From Selaginella moellendorffii (Eukaryota > Plantae > Lycopodiophyta): a DNA stretch of 64,000 nucleotides. Shown here piece by piece: positions 36,830 to 48,749 of the stretch. A model generated the notes under the pieces. That model saw only the letters and a list, made by a program, of their open reading frames with translations. It had not been told where the DNA came from and made no database searches. Every line of letters starts with the position of its first letter. Position 1 is the first letter of the stretch. The translations under genes and the position numbers were made by a program. The DNA is taken from the NCBI RefSeq assembly GCF_000143415.4, contig NW_003314266.1, positions 318,503-382,502 of the forward strand, given 5' to 3'.

Positions 36830-38990
36830 TTCTTGTAAGGAACCAACTCCCTGAGGTGTTATTGGCCAAAAGCACAACCAAAATAACAAAGAGTTCATCT
36901 GATGAGATCGAGTCTGAGACTGACTTTGAGATTGATTTTGAGACCGAGTCTGAGATCAAGTCCGAAACCAAATCCGAGACCAAGTTTGACACCAAGTCCG
37001 AAACCGAGTTTGAGATCGAGTCTGAGATCCAAGATCGGGTCCAAGACTGAGTCCAAGATCAAGTCCAAGATAGAGTCCAAGGTCAGGTCTGAGATGAGTC
37101 TGAGATTAAGTCCGAAATCGAGTCTGAGACCGAATCTGAGGTCAAGTCCAAGATTGAGTCCGAGACCGAGTTTAAAACTAATACAGGTCATGAGGTGAAA
37201 GACAAAAGCACGTGTCTCCTAAGGGGGCTATAGAGGGTTCCAAAAGTACAATAGAGATAGTGTGGTCCAAGAAGCAATCTTGAAGGTACTCTCCAGTAAT
37301 GTTTCCAAACTAACTTGAGGTTAAAGTTGGGGCTTAAGGGCCTTGGGTGGGAGTGAACATAGACTCAAGTGGTGCCGAAGGGGCCACCCAAGAAAGTACT
37401 CAAGAGCAATTCCCACTCCCAGAAGGGAAACCGACTATGGTGCTCCTAGCTTATGTAAAGTGGTGCCCCACTTAAGTACCTTGCGGCTCATTGATCCTTG
37501 CCCTTTTTAGGGGCTTAGGCCTTTCTTGCGGGATGGAATTGAGGGAGTAGGGGTACCCATACTGGGCTGTTAGGCCACAGTGTTTCCCCCCAATTTCTTG
37601 AAGCAAGTTTTTCATCCAAGGTTTGGGATTTAAAGGGTCCTATATCAACTCTTGTTATACCAAGGGATGTTAGGAACCTGGAGGTTTGGTGTGCTTGACT
37701 GCTCATGCCTGTGGGGACTATAGCTAAACCTTAAATCTAATTGAGAGAGAGTGTGGGAATCCGTGGACAGATAGGTAATGCTTTGTTGCTCATGCAGTAA
37801 ATAGTTGAAACTAAGTAGAACCAAGTAAGAGCTAGTATAGTAGATAGAAATTTTGGTGAGAGAACTTAACTAAGGCCAAGGCTATAGTGGTTGGATAAAC
37901 GAGCTAATATAGTAAATTGGAAAGGAAAAATTCATGGCTTACAATTTGGTATCGAAGCTTTTTCCTCAGTTCTAGTGAAGTATAAAGATGGATTGTTGAG
38001 AGATGGCTAAAGCAAGGCATAAAAGAACTAAGGCAAAGACGGAACTTCCTCCGGAGCTAGAGCCTCCAATCGAACAAGAAGCTATAGATAAGGAATCCTT
38101 GCACAATGAAGACTTAAGTAAGGAATCTTCCAAACATGAGTCTAGTGGAGAAGTTCGATCATTCAAGGCTTAATTAGACGTTCTAGAAGGACAATTGGCA
38201 CAGACCAATACCCTACTATAGACCTTCATACACAAACTAAAGCATGACAAAAAGCGAAAGAAAAGGCAAAAGACTATAGAGGCTGGTAGTGTAGAAGGCA
38301 TAGACCCTTTGATGGGGACTGAGGAAGAACCAAATAAGGTTGAACAAATTGAAGTGGAATCAATCCCCCAAATAGTTCTCATGTACAAACCAAAGCCCCC
38401 ACCATTCTTCAAGGGAATGAATGACTATAAGGTAGTGGAGGATTGATTTTATGATATGAAGGATTATTTCCGAGTGTTGTGGTTACTAAACTTAAAGAAA
38501 GTCCTATGTGCAAAACCATACTTAAGAGATAATGTTAAGTTTTGGTGGAAAACAACAAAAGCCAACGAAGGACTAGTAGTCGCTTGGGAAATTATAAAAG
38601 CAAGGATTTGTGCAACCTATGTTTTGCCGAATACTACTTTGCACTTAAGGGATGAGCTAAATAGGCTGAAGCAAATGGGAACCATTCAAGAATATATGAA
38701 TGCATTTATGGCGAAGAGGATCTTTGTCACGGACATGGATGCATTCCATGCCTTCATATTAGGCTTGCAAACCTGGGCTTAAGGTGGGGTGATGCATTGG
38801 AACCCAACCAACTACAAGGAAATGTTAAATGTAATTATCAAGTTGTATTCAATGATAACCTGCAAAAGGGGAACACAACAAGGTTGGGGTCTATATTTAA
38901 TAAATGAGCCAAACCAAAAGAAACATATCCTAAAGGAAAATTTAAAAAAAGCTTCTTTAAGAATGAGTCCTTGGGGTTTCGGAAAGTGTT
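36830..38990 (+). mobile_element. LTR (minisatellite-bearing, related to family A) ending at 37943, PBS 37947-37958, decayed gypsy gag
   Basis: ...CATGGCTTACA-ATT-TGGTATCGAAGC (tRNA-Met-like PBS); gag YLRDNVKFWW...LRDELNRLKQMGTIQEY. Confidence 0.8.
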
Positions 38991-38994
38991 AATT

Positions 38995-39690
38995 TGCAAA
39001 GTTCTTCACATTTTTTAAAAGTACCTTGAATCTTCCAACTTGGTTGACCACTTGAGTACCAAACCAATCATCTTGTTCACGGAGGACAAATGAGGTGAAG
39101 TGTGTGGTATTGTCTCTCCCTTGGGAACCTTGTACTATGTCTATGGCTACTAACATTAGTGTGCGATCCAAGATCATGGTGTTACAATCAAAGTTGCAAA
39201 CCATGCTATCAAGAGAAATGTTGTTTGGACCGACAAGCACCACATTTGTCTTGTTGTTGTGCTTGACCACATCCTTGAAAGTTACGTCCATGTTTTGCTG
39301 CTTCCAAGTCAAGTGATTTCGAAACCAGTGACACAGGATCCTGTGATCCTGAGAGGCACTGTGACACAAAGAGATTATATAAGCATAACTGAGAAGAGCA
39401 AGTCATATGATTCATGAGCTTACCGTAAGTGACAAGCTTCCACTGGGAGTTTCCACCATGGGTGGATGTCACCACTGGCACCCTGTCTTTAAAGCTGGAG
39501 TGTGGCTCAAGAATACGGACGAATTCCCAGTCATTGTAATGGAGACTTGATCGTCCGAGCTTGCGGATACAGACCAGAGGAGAGGATTGTCCTCAACTAC
39601 CGGATCATAGTCTCCAACAGTTGCCTTGAAGATTTCATTTAGAGCAATGAAGTGTGAGGAAAGCATGCAGTAATTTATACCTTGACAATT
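38995..39690 (-). pseudogene. Truncated two-domain EUL lectin copy A
   Basis: ATVGDYDPVVEDNPLLWSV..., WKQQNMDVTFKD...; both ends missing. Confidence 0.7.
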
Positions 39691-39942
39691 CAAATTTTAA
39701 TTTATTACACAAGAATATTTTTTAAGAACGCTAATACAGAATATTTATTAGTTAACCGTCTTCCCTTTTTGCCAACCTAAACACATTCGTTTTGTTGGGA
39801 AGTATATGAATTGATTACAAAAACTGGTGACATTGATCATACTGCAGCTGATTAAACATTTAGAAGTGTAATTATTCATATGAACATTCATGCATAGATC
39901 TAGCATCTTCTCATCTCATTTATGAACATAGCTAAACATTGT

Positions 39943-41184
39943 TCACTGGATTGAATTTCCAGGTCTGCTGCTCAACATATCCTTGGTTTGCAGATGCCGG
40001 GCGAAGAACGAGAGGATGATATCACGCACTGTTCTGGTCCTGATCGTCGTTCTGCAGAGACCACTGCAAGTTCGTTCCATCCAGATTGATGGCCACATAG
40101 TCCGTGTTTCAAGCCTGGAATCGGTCCTCAGACCACACAAAACCGTAGTCAAGAGGATCAAATTGAGTCAAGAGCACCTGCCATGAAAGGTATCTTTTGT
40201 TTAGCTTGCAAAGTCCTTCAAAAGTTTTAGGACTTACCTTGTCTCCTGAGTGCTAGACCAGTCTTGTTTATTAGGATAAACGAGGTAAAAGTACGTGGTA
40301 TTGTCTCGGCCACCAGCAGGAACCTTGAACCATGCCTATTACAATAATACGAATGAGATCCAAGATGATAGTGTCAGACAAAGTCACAAACCATGCCGTC
40401 GAGAGAAATGTTGTTTGGACTAACAGCCACCACGTTTGTCTCGTCGTTGTGCATGATTGCATCCTTGAAATTACGTCCACATTTTGCTGCTTCCAAGTCA
40501 AGTAATTGCCAAACCAGTGCACAGAATCCTGTACACATGCGAAGGCACTGTGCAGCACAACGAGAAAAATCAAAAGGAATTGACCAGAAGTCTAGAGGAT
40601 TACCATAAGCAACGATCTTCCACCTAGAGTTTTCACCCTGGGAAGATGTCACCACTGGCACTCCGTCTTTAAAGCTGGACCTCGACGACGCAGTGTGGCT
40701 CAAAAACACGGACGAATTCCCAGTCTCTGTGACGAAGACTTGATTGTCCGAGCTTCCGGAAATAGACCAGAGGAGAGAATTGTTCTCGACTGCCGGATCA
40801 TAATCTCCAACAGTAAGCTGGATCAGAGCTTGATAGAGAAAAATTCAAGTGTGAGACAAACTTGTCGTGATTTATATACCTTGGCAATGCTCCGGATGAC
40901 TGGGAGCGAAGAGCTTTCTTGGAGCCGTGGTTTATAAACACCAACGCGGAGAGGTCACTGTTATCCTCGCTCAGGAACTGCCATGACTCATCCCTGTACC
41001 AGAGCTGCACAAGAGATCAAAACCAAGATGCTAGATCTGGATTGACACAGATTGATACCTGGAAGGGATTGAGCGCATCCTTGAACTTGAGAACAATCTG
41101 GGTGCCTTGCTGAGTAATGCAGTAGCCAAGACAAGCAGTGGACTCGATGGTGTAGAGCTTTGGAACTGCTGTGAGAGGTTCCAT
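39943..41184 (-). pseudogene. Two-domain EUL (Euonymus/ricin-B-type) lectin copy B, apparently frameshifted
   Basis: MEPLTAVPKLYTIES...; exons paralogous to copy C. The end of exon 2 (~40880-40900) and exon 5 (~40290) carry indels that are not multiples of 3. Confidence 0.6.
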
Positions 41185-41289
41185 TTTTAAGAGCTAGAGT
41201 AACTCTGAGATCTAGGCCCATTTTATACCACCACAACCTCGTGGAGCGCATGGGAATTCATCGAGGGATAAGGAGGCAAGTAGGACCGA

Positions 41290-42260
41290 ACTAGTCACCT
41301 ATCGGACTGCAGGCGATTGGCTAGGTTTACAGAGAATGCGAGGGAGGAGGGAGCGAAAAATAGAAGCAGCCGCCCAAGCAGCGGCGGCGGCATCGAACTG
41401 TCGCTGGCGTCCCTGATCTGCGAAGGTGAGGCAAAATCTCGCTGCGATTGTTGGATGTGAATTGATCGGTCTTTCTTGCGAGAGAAATGTAGGCTTGCAG
41501 CGCCCTGGATTTTTCTTTTTCTTACGAGATTTGGACGCTTCTACGCTTGAGTCGGTCCAGCATCATGGTAAGTTTCTGGATCATATTTTATTCTATCTCC
41601 TCGTCTTCTCTTTCATTTGTTTCGGATGCTTGCAAAATCTATTTGCTTATCCTTGGTATAGCGTAATGTGCAGTTCAAAATCTACGAGCCACTGGAATAC
41701 GAATTTGACGTCTGCGAAACTGGGAACAGGTATTTTCCTGCAAACTTTGCTCTTCATTGCTCTGGAAGTAACACTTTGAGGTTGCAGCATCGGAAACTTC
41801 CCGATGGCTGGATGGACTACGCTGCGAAACGAATAGCACAACTGTAAGCTAAGCTTCACGTTGATGGAAGTTTTTTATATCGTTGTGCAGGGGTGCAGCT
41901 AACTGTTCCAAGAACATATACTATCGCCAAAGCCATTGTTTTGGCCGCGCCAGTTTGAGATAGGTGGGAAACTTGGAAGACGGAGTTTGGAAAGGAGATA
42001 GATGCTCGCGATATTGTCATCTGAGACAATGAGGCACCAGTGACCACGGTAATCATCTAAAACTTGCATCTTACTGAGAGCTCACAAAAGTTTATTTATT
42101 TATTTATTTTACATTTCACAGAAATACACAAAGCATATTGCCATGAAACGGAGTTTTCGGTTGATGCTCGTGGAGTCGTAAGAAACCTGCTTGAGGTTGC
42201 AAAGGGATCTGGTACGTAGTAAATTCTAGACTCAGTGGATATGTATGGTTTTATGGTCTA
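41290..42260 (+). pseudogene. Deleted pseudogene copy of the GT29 sialyltransferase-like gene
   Basis: Matches 44210-45290 with internal deletions, then jumps to the equivalent of ~45552 (GTGGATATGTATGGTTTTA); start codon lost. Confidence 0.85.
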
Positions 42261-42468
42261 TATGGAATGATAGTCGATAGTCATAATGTTTTTGTTTTTT
42301 CTTAAATCTTCGATTTTTGCAGACACTGGAAATGAACGAAAGTTCATGGCTTCCATGGGAAAAGGAAACAAATGGGGAGTGCTCAGCTTCTTTTTCCCGT
42401 GAAAAGTCTTGTTATTTGCAAGAAGAAAAGTGGTAAGCGGTCCCTTATGTATACAACATGGCTGATAG

Positions 42469-43742
42469 TCAATTCCCTGCCACCACTGGATTGAATTTCC
42501 AGGCCTGCTGCGTATTAAATACTTGGTTTGCAGATGCCGGGCGAAGCACGAGAGGGTGATACCACGCACTGTTCTGATACTGATTGTCGTTCTGCAGAGC
42601 CCACTGCAAGTTGGTTCCATCCAGATTGATCGCGAGATAGTTCGTTTTTGAAGCCGGGAATCGGTTCTCAGACCACACGAAACCGTAGTCGAGAGGATCA
42701 TATTGAGTCAAGAGCACCTGCCATGATCATCCAATTCGTTTAGTTTGCGAACTTCTTCAAGTTTTCAACAGTGTGCACTAGTTACCTTGTCTCCCGGCTT
42801 GGTTGACCCCTTGAGAGCAAGACCAGTCACCTTGTTTATGAGAACGAACGAGGTGAAGTACGTGGTATCATCTCTTCCTCCAGCGGGAACCTTGTACCAT
42901 GTCTATATGTAATCGAATAGAATGAGATAAGATTACAAAGAACGACAAAAGTACAAACCATGCCGTCGAGAGGAACGTTGCTTGGATGAATAGCCACCAC
43001 GTTTGTCTCATCGTTGTGCTTGACTGCATTCTTGAAAGTTACGTCCACATTTTGCTGCTTCCAAGTCAAGTATTGCTCATACCAGTCGCATATAATCCTG
43101 TACTCTTGAGAAGGCTCTGTGCAGCATCATCATATGAACCACAACCGAGAAGAACAAATCATATGCTTACCGTAAGTGACGAGCTTCCAGTGGGAGTTTC
43201 CATCGCTGTTGGATGTCACCACTGGCACCCCATCCTTGAAGCTAGCACTTGAGGAAGTGTGGCTCAGAAAAAATGACTTGTTTCCAGTCATGGTGATCAA
43301 GACTTGATTTTCGTGGCTCCCGGAAATACGCCACAGGAGATAATCGTCTTGGACTGCCGGATCATAGTCTCCAATAGTAGCCTTTTGCCATCAAAATTCC
43401 ATATGATCAGCAACAGTGTATAGTATGAATACTGTTTTCTGTTTACCTTGCTTCGAGACGTTGAGTGTGCCTGGGACCGGAGAGCTTTCTTAGAGCCGTG
43501 GTTTACAAACACGAACGCGGAGTCCTGGTTCAGCAAGTTCCATGACTCATCCCTGTACCACAGCTGCACAAGAGTTTCCCATGATGATCGACAACCGGCA
43601 AAGTTTCCAAAGATTTTACCTGGAAGGGGTTGAGCGCGTCCTTGGACCTGAGAACAATCTGGGTGCCTTGCTGAGTAATGCAATAGCCAGGATAAGCAGC
43701 AGACTCGATGGTGTAGAACTTTGGAGCTGCTGTGAGAGCCAT
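42469..43742 (-). CDS. Two-domain Euonymus-lectin (EUL, ricin-B beta-trefoil) protein, copy C, 6 exons, apparently intact
   Basis: Spliced translation is open: MALTAAPKFYTIES...PFQ|LWYRDESW...FVFVNHGSKKALRS|...GDYDPAVQDDYLLW...FKDGVPVV...HWKLVTY|...|TWYKVP...FVLINKVTGLALK|VLLTQYDP...QQAWKFNPVVAGN*. Matches the EUL pattern QxWxxD..F.LVNK.TG.A.K..Y.P...LW...DG..V...W. Confidence 0.8.
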
Positions 43743-44344
43743 GTCTCTAAACTCTTAAGAAAAGACTAAAGCTTTTGAGAAGCCAAAGGGATGAGTGTGA
43801 AGTTATAGAGCTCTTTGAACGTATGCCAATTTATATAGTGGCAAGCTTCTCTCGCATTATCCCATGTGTTTCACACTGTCTTCCACTTCCTTACGCTTCT
43901 TACACTGACTTTGTGCCTGCCATATCCCATGTGTTTTTTGTGCCTGGTAGCGTTGGTTGAAAGGTTGAGTTATAAGCAAGCTTATCCATGGTGTAATAAA
44001 AAATGTTTTAAAATTATTTTTAATGAATATATTAGTGATATAATATCTAACAAATATTAAATTTATTTATTGATAAGGGTAAAGTCACAAAAAGATGAAA
44101 ATTAATAAATGTAAGTTAATAATATAAAAACTTAGAAATCATTATTTTAGGCGTCGCAACGCTTGTTTTGTTAGAAGAAATTATTTGGCGAAGGAGGCAA
44201 CCACGAGTGAACTGGTGACCTATCGGACTGCAGCCGATTGCTCTACCTCCATTAACATGTTAATTAACTGAGTCTGCTTTAATCTGACAGCTGAGCGAGC
44301 TAGGTTTACAGGGACGAGCGCGCTTGATCAGTGCGTAGGAGAAA

Positions 44345-46187
44345 ATGGCATGGAAGCAGCCGCCCAAGCAGCAGCGACGGCAGCGACCCTTGCTACTGTC
44401 GCTCCCACTCGCGATTGCGGCGCTGGTGTCCAATTTTCTCGATCTTATATGTTCTTTCCTTTGTTTTCTTCGTTGGAGAGTAGTGATACTTCAATGCTTT
44501 CCTTTTACAGGAAAGAAATGGGCTTGGATTGACTGCAACCGTGAAGGATGCTTGCAAGATCGTGCTGAAATATCCGGAGGGAACAAATAGTACCTGGGTA
44601 AGCAACTAGAAATATTTTTGCGTGATCGAAGCTTACAAGTTTACTCGGTACAGCGTAATGAGCAGTTAAAAATCTACGAGCCACTGGAATATGAATTTGA
44701 CGTCTGCGAGACGCTGCTCCTGTGGGAACAGGTACTTTGCTGCAAGTTTTGCTCTTGATTCAAATAACACTTTTGAGTTTGCAGTATCGAAACGTCACAA
44801 CGATATTGACTCGCGAGTATTTGGATGCACGTCCCGATGGCTGGATGGACTACGCTGCAAAACGAATAGCTCAACTGTAAGCTAAGCTTGATGTTGATGG
44901 AAGTTTTTAATCTAGTTGTGCAGGGGTGCAGCTAACTGTTCCAACCGAAGCCTGTGCGAAGAACATCTCGAGTTGATACTACCGCCAAAGCCACCGTTTT
45001 GGCCGCGCCAGTTTAGGACGTGTGCGGTGGTGGGAAACTCGGGAGACCTTTTAAAGACGGAGTTTGGAAAGGAGATAGATGCTCACGATATTGTCATCCG
45101 AGACAATGAGGCACCAGTGACCACGGTAATCACCTCACAAAGGTTGCGTACTACTGAGCTCGCAAAAGTTGCTTTCATTTCACAGAAATACGCAAAGCAT
45201 GTTGGCATGAAACGGAGTTTTCGATTGATGGCTCGTGGAGTAGTAAGAAACCTGCTTGAGGTTGCAAAGGGATCTGGTACGTAGTAGAAGTCTATGAACG
45301 AAGTACTGGCTTAATGCAAAAGAGGATTTTTGCAGATGATGAAGTGTTGATTATCAAGAGTGTTATCCATCGGGACTTCAACGCTAAAATAAAAGTAATA
45401 GGGCCTTTGACGCTTGCTATGCGGTTTGCTAACTGAGTTTTATCTTTTACAGCTTCTTCCGAATCCTGTCTACTTGTTCCAAGGTGTAGTTTTCCGTCGG
45501 GGAGCGAAAGGGACAGGCATTAAGTCTTTGGAGCTCGCCTTGTCAATGTGTGACTCGGTGGATATGTATGGTTTTACGGTGGATCCAGGCTACACGGAAT
45601 GGTATTGACTCACACTCCTTCCAACTTATCATTGTACCATTCTTTTCATCTATAGGACTCGTTACTTCTCGGCTCCTCGCAAGGGACACAATCCACTACA
45701 AGGCAGAGCCTACTATCAACTGTTGGAATGCCTCGGGGTAAGAAGAACGACTATGGATTATCATTGACAGTCTCCGTGCATACAGACAATGAGGCTGCAT
45801 TCTCCAATGCGAGAAGCCAGAAAGCAAGACTGGTCGGTCATTCCGACCCGACCGACAGTAAACGCAGCCTACTACGCAGCAATGGGACTCAAACGAAAGC
45901 CAGGCAAAGACCAGGGAGCTTTCAAGAACTGCAAAGTATGGGGAAGTTCATCTCGAAATGGACGCCTGTCAGGATCAAAAGACATGAACGAGACCCGCAA
46001 GAACTCAAACTACGCAATGTGGGAGAAAACAAGCGTGAACTCCCTGAGAAGTGAAGCTCAACACCATTACCGCGCCATGGAAGGCGTCACCATGTACAAG
46101 ATCGATGGCAACAAGCTCGAGGACCTGGTGTGCATCAGACCACAGCAGGAGCAGCAGCGCAGCCATGGGAAACAAAAAAAATCTTAG
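44345..46187 (+). CDS. MGP2: GT29 sialyltransferase-like protein, homolog of Arabidopsis MGP2/SIA1
   Basis: Exons encode [55 protein letters not shown], sialylmotif-L [64 protein letters not shown] and [19 protein letters not shown]. Confidence 0.88.
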
Positions 46188-46189
46188 TG

Positions 46190-46760
46190 ACTCTCGACGA
46201 GGATGCAACACTGGCGCTTTAGCATACTGCCCGGCTCTGGCAGCTCGCCGTGCGTCACTATGGATCCGGCAAGAAGCTAACAGGCTCGTCCAGGCAGAGC
46301 TCCCCGGCTGCGATGGCATGCATCGGCCTCTTCCTACTGGCCAGAGCATCCGAGGAGATCAACCATGCAGCGGCAGTGATCTCCGAGCAAGGAAAGCCCG
46401 TAGTTCACAGTGATGGAGCAGAAGATCTCGTACGCAACTTCGAGCAGACCAGCGTGGCTACACGCAGCTAGAACGCAGACGAACGTGGCTTGATCCGGCA
46501 GCATTCCTTTCAGGTGGAAGCTGTGGATGATCTTGAGGGACCGGACGATGCGACTAGCTTGGCCGTAAATCGCGATCATCCAAGAGACAGGACTTCGATC
46601 CAACAAGATCTTTCTGGCCAGGCCTGGAGCACAAGACGCCGCTGCGAGCCGGCATGGTGTGGAAGAATCTAGACATCGCCGCTTTGGGCTTACGAAGTCG
46701 GGGGACATCTCGAAGATCCTGGGAGCTGAGGCGATCTTGCCGGAGATTAGCCTGGGATCA
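46190..46760 (-). pseudogene. PLS-class PPR gene fragment
   Basis: VSWMIAIYGQ...GMLPDQATFVCVLAACSHAGLLEVAYEIF...HCRCMVDLLGCSGQ* followed by stops and frameshifts; part of it is duplicated at 48535-48680. Confidence 0.85.
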
Positions 46761-46856
46761 TCGTGTTTGCAGAGACGATGATCGAGCCGATCATGATCAA
46801 ACAGGGAGTTTTATTTGCAAGAAGAAAACTGGTAATGAGTACAGCATGGTTCATGG

Positions 46857-48088
46857 TTAACTGCCTGCCACCACTGGATTGAATTTCCAGGCCTGCTGCT
46901 CAAGATATCCTTGGTTTGCAGATGCTGGGCGGAGCGTGAGAGGATGGTACCACGCACTGTTCTGGTACTGATCATCGTTCTGCAGAGGCCACTGCAAATT
47001 TGTTCCATCCAGCTTGATCGCGAGATAGTCCGTGTTTGAAGCCTGAAATCGGTTCTCAGACCACACGAAGTCGTAGCCGAGAGGATCATATTGAGTCAAT
47101 AGCACCTGCGATGATCGTCAAGTTCAGTTTGCAAAGTTTTCAAAGAGTGCTTTGTTGACTCTTTGAGTGCTAAACCAGTCACCTTGTTTATGAGGATGAA
47201 CGAGGTGAAGTACGTGGTATCGTCTCGGCCTCTGTATTATGATAACACATGTGAGATCGAAGATGATAGTGTCAGATCAAAGTTACAAACCATGCCATTG
47301 AGAGAAATGTTGTTTGGACTAACAGCAACCACATTTGTCTCGTCGTTGTGCTTGATTGCATCCTTGAAAGTGACGTCCACATTTTGTTGCTTCCAAGTCA
47401 AGTACTGCCCAAACCAGTGACACAGAATCCTGTACACTTGAGAAGGCTCTGTGCAGCACAACGAGAAGATCAAAGGGAATTGGCCACAAGTCCAGAGGAT
47501 TACCATAAGTGACGAGCTTCCACCAGGAGCTTCCACCGCTGGTGGATGTCACCACCGGCACCCCGTCTTTGAATTTCGAACTTGAGGAAGTGTGGCTCAA
47601 GAACGCAGACGAATTCCCAGTCATTGTGATCGAAACTTGATCGTCCGAGCTTTGGCCAACAGACCAGAGGAGAGAATCGTCCTCGACAGCCGGATCATAG
47701 TCTCCAACAGTAGCCTTTCATTTCATTTTGAGCAAACGTAGACAAGCTTGCAGTGATGCTATATCTTGACAACGCGTCGAGATGTTGAGATTTCCTGGGA
47801 GCGGAGAGCTTTCTTGGAGCCGTGGTTTATAAAACACAAACGCAGAGAGGCCACTGGTATCCTGGCTCAGGAACTGCCATGACTCGTCCCTGTACCACAG
47901 CTGTAGAAGAGTTTCCCCATCAAAACCAAGATGATAAAAATTTGGATAAGTTTTAGATCTGGATCCTGGAAGGGATTGAGCGCGTCCTTGGACTTGAGAA
48001 CAATCTGGGTGCCTTATGAGTAACATAGTAGCCAGGATAAGCAACTGATTCGATGGTGTAGAACTTTGGAGCTGCTGTGAGAGCCATT
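46857..48088 (-). pseudogene. Two-domain EUL lectin copy D, frameshifted
   Basis: Full-length paralog of copy C, with a -1 indel near 48017, a +1 indel near 47832 and a lost first donor (CCAG|GA). Confidence 0.7.
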
Positions 48089-48359
48089 GATCTTATAAGA
48101 AACACACTAGAGAGGAGTGAGCGTTAGGCTGGAAAGTACGCCATTTTATACTACCACAACGTGGAGCGCATGGGAACATGGAATCCGAAGTTTGTGCTTT
48201 CTTTAATTTTTTTCTTGGTACTTGTTTGTTAACAACAATTCGCTGACGAACACTACTGTGAAGTTAAATGCTTCACGGTAGGACTATAAAGACAATAAGT
48301 TAAAAAGTTTTATGGCTCACAGTTGTGCATGACATAGAAATATATTAAGGAGGCAATCT

Positions 48360-48680
48360 AAAATCTACGAGCCACTGGAATATGAACTTGACGTCTATGA
48401 AATGCTGCTCCTGTGGGAACAGGTGGTCTATTTTGCTACAAATTTCAAGTTGACAGTATCAAAGCTTCACAACAATATTCAACGTTTTACAGCTCTACAT
48501 GGAGGATATTGTTTTGTGTTCTTCATTGACACTTAGTGAATCTCGACGAGGACATTGGTGAGCAAAACTGGTGCTTTAGCATACCACCCGGCTCTGGTGG
48601 CTCGCCGTGCGTTGCTATGGATCCGGCAAGAAGCAAGCAGGCTCATCCAGGCAGAGCTCCCCAGCTGCAATGGCATGCAA
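48360..48680. pseudogene. Small duplicated fragments of a GT29 exon (48360-48470) and the PPR 3' region (48535-48680)
   Basis: AAAATCTACGAGCCACTGGAATATGAA matches 44669; TTAGCATA...CCGGCTCTGG...GGATCCGGCAAGAAGC matches 46219-46280. Confidence 0.8.
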
Positions 48681-48749
48681 CAATATTCAACGTTTTACAG
48701 CTTTGAGACAAATCGGGATCAAAGCGCACCACGCTAACATTGTGTAACA

